Source of the DNA: Octopus vulgaris
Lineage: Eukaryota
NCBI GenBank assembly: GCA_951406725.2
Contig: OX597814.1
Span: 183,706,001-183,770,000, forward strand
Direction: 5' to 3'
DNA length: 64,000 nt
Notes under the pieces: model-generated
Seen by the model: only the letters and a program-made list of their open reading frames with translations
The model's database searches: none
Told to the model about the DNA's origin: nothing
Translations under genes and position numbers: made by a program
In this document: in pieces, positions 53,257 to 64,000 of the stretch
How positions within the stretch are numbered: position 1 is the stretch's first letter
How the letters are laid out: every line of letters starts with the position of its first letter

Positions 53257-55472
53257 GTATACATATGCACGCACGAAATGAAATGAAATGAAAGGGCCTG
53301 CTGATATTTCCATCCACTCGTTTCGTTGATGGTAAAAGATGTCACTCCCATCTATCGTTTGGAGAATAGGATTAAGGGGATTTATTATGGTAATAACTAA
53401 ACAGTAGCCGTTTCTGAAGAATCATTTATCGGTACGAAATAACCAGCCTATCGCAGCTGGATAGACTGTAGAATGCTCGAATCTAATCCAGCTTTAGAAC
53501 ATGTTAAGCTCAATCATTCATGCTATATACATCACGTTTCTATATATTATGGATTTCAATTTAGCATGGCTATCTCTGTCTTGATTCTGCTCCTAATATG
53601 AAATGATCGTTAACAAAACCTTATATGTAAATGAACCGACTGGCTGACGACAATTTAAGTTTCCCGTACTATAAACTCTGATAACTGCTATTCAGATCTC
53701 ACGTAAAGTAAATACAATCTTCCAGTGTTGACTGTTATTTATTACTTGGAATATAGCAATACAGCTTCTCTCCTAGATAAACAGCCAAATATGTAGTGCG
53801 TACACAATTACACACAGCACATGGCATATACATACACATCCACTCGCACGTACTGGCAAAGCTCCTCGAAGAATTAAAGAAAAGGTACTAGTATGAACAT
53901 ACGCTCATAAAACAGTTTACGCACACGTGTATGTACACACACACATACAGACGCACACACACACACATACACTCATACATACATGCTCACATACATATTT
54001 ATACGAGATCATATCTGAGCGATTCTTGATCTCATTATCTTTGTTGTAACTAAACTCCTTGTAACGATGTGAAAAGCAAATTTACAATAAACTCATTAGA
54101 AGGAAGGCGGACGATAAGTTGAAGGGCGAAAACCTTACCAGTATTTAGTGGTACCCGCTTACGACTTGAGTTCAATTCTAACTAGTTTCGATATTTTTAT
54201 TTCTTTCTTCTGAGCTCACGAAAATAAGTAACTGACACTGTTCGATTACATCGACTAAATAACTTCCCAAAATGTGTGGGTCTGTTGTAAGGTTCCAAGA
54301 AATATCTAAAAACGCAAACGCATTATACATGCACACATACACACACACGCACATACATACATACATACATACATACATACATACATACATACATACATAC
54401 ATACATACATACATGCATACATAAAAGTTCCAAATGTGAATCTGTCTGGTTAACTACATCCGAAAGATATACACCCCCCAACAAACATACATACATACAT
54501 GCATGCATGTATGCATACATACATACATATATGTATATTGCAGAAAACTGTTACTCAGGTTTAAAGCTTAATCATTTACGCCTAATCAGAAAACAGGATT
54601 TAGGATTTGGCATTTTCTGCATGATAATTCTCTCTCACAAAATGAAAGCAAAATCATTATTTATGAGGAATTTTTATTAAACAAGCGAAAGCAAAGCAAT
54701 ACGGCAACCAAAGCTGTGAGAACTTCCGAAGTTTTAATAAAGTTTTCAATAATAAAAGTACGAGAATTTAGATTACTGTTTCATAGGGTAAACTGACAAG
54801 ATTTTTGCTTTCAGATATGATTAGATTTTCAAAGTAGCAAGATTCAGACTTTTTTATTATTTTCAGGCAAGTTTACAAGAACAGTAGCTGAACTGCAGGC
54901 TTTAATTTTATTTTGCATGAATTTAGACTAACAACTAACTATGCGCTTACGAGAAAAGGTGGCTCCTCCTGCTTTACGGTGGATGCATTGGCTATTTTTG
55001 CATACAAAACTTTTTTATATTAGCCATGGCGTTACTATTCATATGATCAGATTCTCTTCTTACTATATAAGTAGATATAGTCTCAAACCTCTTCTTGTTA
55101 GCTCTTCTTACTATATATAGATATAGCTCGTTTATTTCTTGATTTTTATAATAAAATTAGTATTATATTAATATTCACTATTATATACAAAATTCTTTTT
55201 TATAATGAATTTTCGCAATTTCTCTTTTGGCGCGTTCGTATTATGCAGTTTGTTTCAATATAAATATTTTATATACAGTGAAGATATAGGATCTAATATT
55301 TTTTACAACTGTAATTACTTTTCTCATTATCCTAAAAAATTACTAATTTTAAAGGAAATAAATATACAGGCAGGTTTAATTTAATTTAAATATTTTTTAG
55401 TAAAAGAATATTTATTATTTCGGTTATAGATTTGGTTTGCAAGATTCTTTATATGGGTTCGTGTGTTGAAGC

Positions 55473-55768
55473 ATATTCTGTTGTGTCTGGGGAGAGTCAT
55501 TTTCTTTTTGTGCCTTATAATGTAACACACTCACCGCTAAAATTTCCACTTTTTCGCTTATTTTTATTTTCCTAAAATTTTCGTTGCGTCTTGCAACCTT
55601 TTCAATAGTCTTGCAAACTTTTCAATTGTCAAGACTATAGAAAAGGTTGCAAGATGCAACGAAAATTTTAGGAAAATAAAAGTAAGAAAAAATGGAAATT
55701 TTACTGATGAGTGTGTTGCATTATAAGGCACAAAAAGAAAATGACTATCCCCAGACACAACAGAATAT
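55473..55768. repeat. Foldback inverted repeat, ~140-bp arms, ~16-nt spacer
   Basis: Arms 55473-55613 and 55630-55768 are reverse complements with scattered mismatches. Confidence 0.9.
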
Positions 55769-55807
55769 TTATTAGTTTTATTGCATTGCCTGGAAAAAAG
55801 TGAATTA

Positions 55808-57277
55808 CAATGAAGAATGCGGGCGCATGCCTGTTAATATTCCTAAGTTATTACACCTGGAAAAGTACAGAACAAGATTTCCACAGTGGAATTTACCTAA
55901 TTCCTCACCTCTGAAGGAAACTAAAAAGTATTTAAAAATTAAAATTCTACTGTACTTAAAATATTGCAGCCGAGAATAACATTTATAAAATTAAAATACG
56001 TTATATAAGATAAATTTGAAATAATTTATTTTAATTATTATGAGAATCTAAAAAATATGCAAATGGTTTAAAACATGGTACAAAAATCATCAAAAATAAA
56101 TTTAAATAGTTTTTTTAAAATCATGTCTTTTGAAATATACAATTAAAATAGTTATTTCATTTAGTTGTATCAAGTACAAACAATAAAACTGAATTTGTAA
56201 CTGATATTTTACTCTTTTACTCTTTTACTTGTTTCAGTCATTTGACTGTGGCTATTCTGGAGTACCGCATTTAGTCGAGCAAATCGACCCCGGGACTTAT
56301 TCTTTTTCAGCCTAGTACTTATTTTATCGTCCTCTTAGCCGAACCGCTAAGTTGCGGGGACGTAAACACACCAGCATCGGTTGTCAAGCGAAGTTGGGGG
56401 GGGGGAACACACACACACACATATACATATATATATATGCATATATAGGACGGGCTTCTTTCAGTTTTCGTCTACCAAATCCACTCACAAGGCTTTAGTT
56501 GGCCCGAGGCAATAGTAGAAGACACCTGGCCAAGGTGCCACGCAGTGGGACTGAACCCGGAACCAAGTGGTTCGTAAGCAACCTACTTACCACACAGCCA
56601 CTCCTATGCCTATATTGCACATTTTTCTCACTTGAATTGAAATCCCAATACAAAAAAACACAACATTGATTGCAGTAGATTGGCCATTAAATGGTTTCAA
56701 ATCAACCATATGCTTAGTCAATTCATTTCCTTTAAGAGAATTTGATCTGACAAATAAAACATAAGTAAAATTTATTAGTTTGTGTCAAAGTGTAGAATTA
56801 GCCTAATTCGTCTTTGGCTAATTCGTTACTTCACCTAATTCTTCCCTTTCAATTTTCTCCTAGTGATGACTAATTAGGCGAATTCTACTGTATTTTTATA
56901 AATTAATTTTATTTCATTTCATTTTTAAAATACTGCTTTTCCAAAAATAAGCCCAAGGACTTAAATACAGACAGACAAAATTCTGCTTAAGTAATTAGTT
57001 TTCTGAAAAGGATAAAAATTACTGGGGCTATTCATGAAAAGAACTTCTGAATATAAGCCCATAGTAATGATTTTATATTTTTTGTTTTATTAAAATATAG
57101 TAATTTTTAAAATGCGGTTCTCGGCTGCAATATTTTAAGTACAGTAGAATTTTAATTTTAAGTACTTTTTAGTATCCTTTCGAGGGAACAAATTAGGCAA
57201 ATTCTACTGTAGAAATCTTCTGTACTTTCCCAGGTGTAATAAGACTATTAACATGCATGCGCCTGCATTTTTCATTG
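55808..57277. mobile_element. ~1.5-kb non-autonomous element with ~200-bp imperfect TIRs
   Basis: 55808-56020 is the reverse complement of about 57080-57277; internal gtagaatt.gcctaatt sub-repeats; SINE inserted inside. Confidence 0.65.
56208..56611 (-). mobile_element. SINE family A
   Basis: Full-length reverse copy. Confidence 0.9.
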
Positions 57278-57295
57278 CATTGTGTATATATATGA

Positions 57296-57499
57296 TTGAC
57301 CGCTAAATCCACAAGGTTTTTTTTTATTCTCTCTCCATTTTCATTGTCTCTGTTTACTTCCTTGTGTTCCTTTCTGCTGAAGAGCATAGACTTGAAGCAT
57401 AAAAGACTGTCGCACCTTCTCGAGCGTCAAACTAATACACCTTCTTGTTGTTTATATCACCTCTCTTCGTCTATTGTTTTTCTGTAAATTTCAACTATA
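57296..57499 (+). mobile_element. Small element of the minimal-hammerhead family, degenerate core (57370-57405)
   Basis: Reverse-complement homologue of 32312-32505; CUUU CUGCUGA AGAGC..GAAGC AUA AAAG. Confidence 0.55.
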
Positions 57500-57630
57500 C
57501 CTATCTATCTCAGCCGAAATTGCGAGGATGATCCGGCTCTTGACTGAAGATTAGAGGCTTCGAATGACCCGTCCGTTTTTAGTGTCATCTATTTGAGTGT
57601 TTTGCGTTCTTGTCCCATTTTGTATTTTTA

Positions 57631-57709
<79 letters not shown>

Positions 57710-57764
57710 ATATATATATATCTATCTGTCTGTCTGTCTGTCTGTATGTCTGTCTCTCTCTCTG

Positions 57765-57877
<113 letters not shown>

Positions 57878-58528
57878 ATATATATATATATACATATTTA
57901 CATACATACACTCACACACATAAATATATAAAGCAATATAATACTTAAATTACACGGAAAATAAACAGTAATTAGAACTCCGAGGATATTCCTGTTTATT
58001 CTACTCGTATATCATATGAATCCGGAATTTGGGCATGTCACAGATTAAATGTAGAAAATTTCTTGCACCCCCCCCCCACACACACACGCACACACACACA
58101 CACACACACATACACACGTATATATGTGTGTATGTATTTCACGGTCATGTGAAGTTGACTGCAGCGATTCACGTCCGACCACCGACAATAAACAACCTCG
58201 TGCCTAGTTATAGAAGGCATAGTCGCTTAGGAGATATATCAACTGCGACCATAACCTTATAGCTAATATAATTAGGATCTGAACATCGTTAGTTCTGTTC
58301 CAGGACCAGGTGGTTAGGGATTTACGTCCTTGTGCAATGGCGCTTCAGTTGACATTGCCTCAGTCTGCTTAACTGTAAATGCTTACCATCCTGTTCTTGG
58401 TGCTGCTACTTTCTCTGCAGGTTTCACAACCTCGATGTTATGCTGGGTCAAATTTGGAAGGGACATTGCTTGCTTCCAGCTATATAGCTACCTAAAATGC
58501 ACACAAAATCATGCACATAGACACCCCC

Positions 58529-58586
<58 letters not shown>

Positions 58587-58595
58587 GGCGGTGTC

Positions 58596-58715
58596 TATAT
58601 ATATACATCGATCTGGACTAATCCAGCATGAGTATGTCTGTATATATAACTATATATATATATATATATATATAGTTATATATACAGACATACTGATGCT
58701 GGATTAGTCCAGATC

Positions 58716-58729
<14 letters not shown>
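58596..58729. repeat. 134-bp near-perfect palindrome centred on (TA)12
   Basis: Symmetric about 58662/58663, with a single mismatch at 58630/58695. Confidence 0.95.
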
Positions 58730-58762
<33 letters not shown>

Positions 58763-58832
58763 GTCACAGTAAACGTAAACGTAATCTATATCCATTATGC
58801 TTTATATCATTGCTTTATATAATTGCTTGCTT

Positions 58833-58932
58833 TATAAAATGTATACGTGTTTCAGAAAGCCGGCTATCGCTCCCTGGCTGTAAAGACCCTCTTACGCGAT
58901 AAATCCAGTGGACTTACTTCTTCAGTATTATA
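58833..58932 (-). ncRNA. Hammerhead ribozyme motif with extended stem II
   Basis: Minus strand: UAUAAUA CUGAAGA AGUAAGUC-(~49 nt)-GGCUUUCU GAAAC AC GUA^ UACAUUUUAUA. Confidence 0.55.
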
Positions 58933-59476
58933 GGAAAAATTACAGCACAAAGTATGCAAATTATATATAGTTCGGTTTTCGTAGAAGAACAGAATCAAGG
59001 GAAACAAAGGTGTAAGAGAAGTGTGTAATTGAGGGGAGAAAGCAGGACAAGCAAGACCTCAACCTATGAATATAATAACAATAACAACTAACAACAATAA
59101 GGTAAATAAAAATCAATAAAAACCACAACAGCAATAATAACTATAAAATGATAATAGTAAAAAGACTGATGAATATAAATTAAAAAAATCAAAATAACAG
59201 AGGAACCACACCCACATGGAGAAAATGTTCAGTCAACGCTCAGTATCACAATGCAAAATAAAGAAATAACGAAATAAAGAAAAGAACAGATCAAAAGATA
59301 AAGAAAGACTATAATGACAGATTTATGGCGTTTAAGCAGATAGAGAAAGCGTAGACAGACTCAGAGTCATGTAGCTGGAGTGATGTTTTTTTTTTGAAAC
59401 CTAGTCGAGAAAAGAATGTAAGTCTGGCGCCACGACACGTGCACGTATACTGCAAATCATACAGGCGTGTGCACAA

Positions 59477-59555
<79 letters not shown>

Positions 59556-59729
59556 GGCCCACATAGAAACATATCCACACACACAACAGCTACACTAAAA
59601 CTTCTGTCACACGTACATAAACAACCCGTGACAAGGCGCGAAGGTAAAATGGATTATTAGTCATGGATTAGTACTTATTTACATCGTCTCTTATGGATGA
59701 AAGGCGAAGTGAAACTCGGCGGTATTTGA

Positions 59730-60993
59730 CCACTGACTGTTATTACCTCGTTCTTCTGTAGAGGATTGGAAGCACTCCGTCGGTTACGACGACGAGGGTT
59801 CCGGTTGATCCGAATCAACGGAACAGCCTGCTCGTGAAATTAACGTGTAAGTGGCTGAGCACTCCACAGACATGTGTACCCATAACGTAGTTCTCGAGGA
59901 TATTCAGCGTGACACAGAGAGTGACAAGGCTGGCCCTTTGAAATACAGGTACAACAGAAACAGGAAGTAAGAGTGAGAGAAAGTTGTGGTGAAAGAGTAC
60001 AGCAGAGATCACCACCACCCCCTGCTGGAGCCTCGAGGAGCTTTAGGTGTTTTCGCTCAATAAACACTCACAACGCCCGGTCTGGGAATCGAAACCGCGA
60101 TCCTATGACCGCGAGTCCGCTGCCCTAACCACTGGGCCATTGCGCCTCCACTTATAGAGGATTACTAGTGTAACGACGTCCTAGGATAAACCCTAGGCTT
60201 CTACGAAGATCAACTGGCCATCCTGTTCCAAAGAACATTCCGGCCGAGGACTATGGATAATTACCAAAAGTCCCTGGCCTGGCAATGTTACAGAGGAGCT
60301 TTACCGGTTCGTGATAAGCTCTTCAGAAATGGGAGTGCACCTTCGCCGGTTTGTGCAAGATGCGAGCAGGACAGTGAAACTGTCCTGCATGCGATTGTGC
60401 AATGCCCCAAGGTGACTGAACTCTGGGCTTATGTCGAAAACCTGCTGTCGCATTCGAGAAGAGCACAACTGTCGAGCGAATCTGTAATTAAGATCGTTCC
60501 GCCGACCTCCCTGAATAGGGAGGAGCGAGCCTGTTTTCTCTCAGTAGTAGCTGTGGCGAAAGAGGTAGTATGGAAGACGAGAGTGAAAGGAATTACAACA
60601 GGTATGTTCATCTCCAGTCTCGAGCTCATCGACTTTTTCGTTTTCCACATGAAACGGAAAATAAGGCTGGAGAAGAAATGCCTGTTGCAAAGTGTGTTTC
60701 GTAAAAGATAGAAATCTATAGCAAGTATGTTGCGAGTGAAAGAACCTGTCTAAACGAGAACATAAAGGGGAGATAGCAAAGTCTTCAGTGTGTGTATGTG
60801 GTTTGTGGGGTCGACCGCGTCCTCCGCTACATTTTTGTAAATCACTCATTCTCATTTAATTGTATGTATTTTAATTGTTTGTTTATTCATACGTTTCGTC
60901 TCATTGAAACCCTGATCCCAATATTTGTTCTGTCTGTCCTCGTATCGTCCCCTCTTTTTCTCAACCTCGTGGTTAATAAAGAAATTGACTGCT
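59730..60993 (+). mobile_element. 3' part of a Tx1/L1-group LINE (zf-RVT domain), interrupted by a SINE
   Basis: ORF 60253-60711: LAWQCYRGALPVRDKL...CARCEQDSETVLHAIVQCP...W; followed by a 3' UTR with aataaa near 60976. Confidence 0.85.
59768..60150 (-). mobile_element. SINE family B head with long tail, TSD tagaggatt
   Basis: Full-length copy inserted in the Tx1-like LINE; tagaggatt on both flanks. Confidence 0.9.
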
Positions 60994-61039
60994 AAGTCGA
61001 AGATATGCTGCTAAGCATAATGATTATAATGTTTTCTTG

Positions 61040-62870
61040 TATTTACCGCAGGAGTATCGGATGAGCGGTATATAACAAAGCCAGATTACAATTTGTAGGG
61101 AGTTCACATAAAAGATGAGTACCAAAAGGGTGAGGGAACAAAGAGATAACAGTGTGTATAGCGTATGAGATACGTGAACATATCTGTAATTCAATCCCTC
61201 TGTTATATTAGAATAAGGTCGATCAAGGCATCTTTAGATCCATAATTGCTTTGACTATCAAGAGCTGTTCTCCAATCTGCAGTAGCATGCATGCTTAGAA
61301 TAGGTCCATCCACCCAAACTATTTTTGCCGATGGAACATATACAAAACGGAAAAGCAGACACTCCAGTTTGGCCAAACTGGGACAAGGATATTGTAAAAC
61401 TACCTTGCTTTAAGTTATTACGGAGGTAATGTAGGTATTCGCAACCTCTACTTCACCTTTCAGGGATAACTCACTCTCAGCCTATCTCTGAATCTGGCGT
61501 CCCTGCATGTAATCTCACGCCATTTCCTCTCTGTGGAAGTCCGGGATTAACAAGACCCCGAACAATTTCTCTAGTCTGCGTGTTCGGATATATCTTTGCT
61601 CCAACCATCGCCTCGTGTTTTTTGTATATTTATTTTAGAATGGCATCGACTAATTGCCCTTCTGTGGTGTCGAATAACCTTGTTGTGCTATCATTCACAT
61701 ACACCGATGCACCTCTCCCGAATCCTCCAGTTTGTGAGAGATGCTCTCCAAGAGTTCTATTTCCGTAGCAATGACTCGAGAGCCAGTACGTATAGAATAG
61801 TTGAGAGAAGACACTTATGACGTGCCCAGTATCAAACTATTCCGAGATGTTGTCGTTTACTTCGACCACAGAGCAAGTGCCACCGCACAACTGTGTTCCA
61901 GCCTCTGAAAACAGCTTCAAAACTGGCTGTAGTTCAGACTGTTGTCAAGTAACAATGGTCGACCTATCGAAGGTTTACCACTGATCCAAATTGACCAGCC
62001 GCCACCCCACCCTAACGCAAGAGTTTTTATTTATTCCCTCATTGAGGTATCGCATGAGGTGGACGATTTCCTATATGAATCTATAAAGGAATCAGAAATC
62101 ACTGCTTCCGTGATTAAACCACCCACGATAACGACTGATGAAAATAATAGTAACCGTAACAGTATTGGTGCAACTATCAAAAGCAACGATTTAAAGAAGT
62201 CTCTAAGTGGAAATCGCAATTCAACAGTGGATGGTAAAGATTACGTAAAGTCTCACCGCTGTGACAAGTCCCCCGTGGTGTGTACTTGTAGCTGATAGAC
62301 GAAGGGTTCAAATACAGATGAATGCTGTACAGTTCCGTCCGTTTGTGTAATACAAGATCATGACATACGCAAAATATAAGATTTAAAAAGTAGTTCGATG
62401 AATCAAAGTTCTGCGCTGAAAGAATTCAAGAATACAGAAAACAAGTGGATACGTACTGGTGGATAGGTAGACAGATGTGCAAAAGTGGAGAAAGATGCAA
62501 GTGGTAACCTGATGTACGACACAGCATACCTAACTACATTCTGTTTGCTCAGCAATTTGGGAACCTAGTAGGAGGGATATGGCCGAGGCATGCTGGCAAG
62601 AGCCGCAGATTATCCAATTCCATCATTGCAGCTATTAGAACCTACTTGGTAGTGTGGGAAGGTTTAAGGTTACCCATAAGCAAACAACAATCTGACCTCA
62701 ATACTTTTATCAAGTAAGCAGTTACTGCTGGAAAGTGTACAATTTCCAGTACACCCTTGGTGCAAAGTGTGCACGGACGTCTTCGTCCCTCGTACGATTA
62801 TAGTATTGACCCATACTACTAGTGAAGTAAAGGAATTATGTGAACGCGCGCGCGTAAAATTGGGGCTTTG
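61040..62870 (+). pseudogene. Unidentified decayed coding-like segment (TE- or gene-derived)
   Basis: 1.8 kb of high-complexity, microsatellite-free, relatively GC-richer sequence with long stop-poor plus-strand frames broken by isolated stops and frameshifts; no confident family assignment. Confidence 0.4.
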
Positions 62871-63173
62871 ATAGATTATGTGAATGATGATGAGTGTTGT
62901 GTATACTTGTTAAAATAGGTGCAGTGTTTTAATTCTTTACAAAGTTATTCGATTGTATACTGTTCATGCCTTCCTAAAATTTCATAAGGAATATGAACCT
63001 AAGGTGGCTGACTGGAAATCAAAACGAATCCACAATAAGTACGACTGTTAAATAAGATGTGCTGGAGCAGAAACAAATATTTTATTAATAAAATAACATC
63101 TGCCAAAGATTTTGTCTTGGGATCGGTAATGATGTAAGATTGTGGAATGTTCTCGGCAGTTAAACAATAAATT

Positions 63174-63207
<34 letters not shown>

Positions 63208-63235
63208 GAGAGAGAGGGGGAGGGAGAGAGAGAGG

Positions 63236-63268
<33 letters not shown>

Positions 63269-63639
63269 GAAGAAAGCACGAAACGTACAAAAAGAGAACA
63301 TACACAAAGATACAAACCATCAGACGCTCAAATAAAAATATATTGTTAACTCCCTAGACTATCATCACCATTATGAAACATTATGTGACTGTACTGCAAA
63401 AGTACCCCCTTATGGGTTCTCAAGCTGTTTAACAGTCAACCGAAAGAACTTGGCTACAAGATGATGACAGTTTTAAAGTAAGCCTCTAGGTGTTTCATTC
63501 ATATCGCCTTTTCAGAAATTGCTCACAGCAGTCTTTGACATAAAACAAAAACATTGTTTCAATAATATACATAATTACTTGCTTCTAGTAAACAATGACG
63601 ATTATATTAATAGCCATAACACTTGAAACGTGCAATATG

Positions 63640-63737
<98 letters not shown>

Positions 63738-63759
63738 ACTGAATATATACTCAGCAGAA

Positions 63760-64000
63760 ACGGCACAAGCGCCAAGTCTTGTGTTCTGATACTCTGTTTT
63801 TCCACGAAGAAAAGGGAATATTGCACCGTTTCAGATTGTCTTGTAGTTTGCCTTTGAAGCGCAAGAGTGTCCTTCCAACTGACCTTCCTGATGGGAATTG
63901 ACCAAAGAGAAGTTGTTTCAAGATTCTGATATCACTCATACGTGGGAGATGACCTGACCATTTAAGCTTTATTTTGATGAGAATGGCTTCAATACCTGAT
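63760..64000 (-). mobile_element. RTE (BovB-like) LINE ORF C-terminal fragment
   Basis: GIEAILIKIKLKWSGHLPRMSDIRILKQLLFGQFPSGRSVGRTLLRFKGKLQDNLKRCNI..SSW: the RTE motif LRW.GH..RM...R.PKQL.YG.L..G.R..GRP..R.KD.LK. Confidence 0.85.

Noticed and set aside
57510-57630. ctgaagattagaggcttcgaatgacccgtc, a possible hammerhead relic
   Set aside because: Stems II and III cannot be formed convincingly from this copy alone.

Overview
AT-rich, microsatellite-saturated, repeat-dominated animal DNA. I infer a cephalopod (Octopus-like) intergenic or intronic region from the tRNA-derived SINE types and the extreme (TA)n/(TATG)n/(CA)n density; I cannot confirm the species. I found no intact protein-coding gene, and nearly all ORFs in the track are microsatellite or SINE translations. 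The window holds more than 25 tRNA-derived SINE copies from about 4 modular families, many with clear TSDs. It also has decayed LINE fragments (R4/Dong, CR1-group, Tx1/L1, RTE), decayed Penelope-like (PLE) RT/GIY-YIG fragments, piggyBac-, hAT- and Merlin-like MITEs, and a Helitron. The most interesting signal is a set of at least four structurally distinct hammerhead-ribozyme motifs in small elements, mostly next to (TA)n. One is a fully canonical type I hammerhead at 17246-17323 (-). Other notable structures are a 5-copy higher-order tandem array of a SINE 3' half, locally templated insertions inside microsatellites, a filled/empty piggyBac MITE pair, several foldback structures, a promoter-like motif cluster, and an unidentified 1.8-kb decayed coding-like segment.
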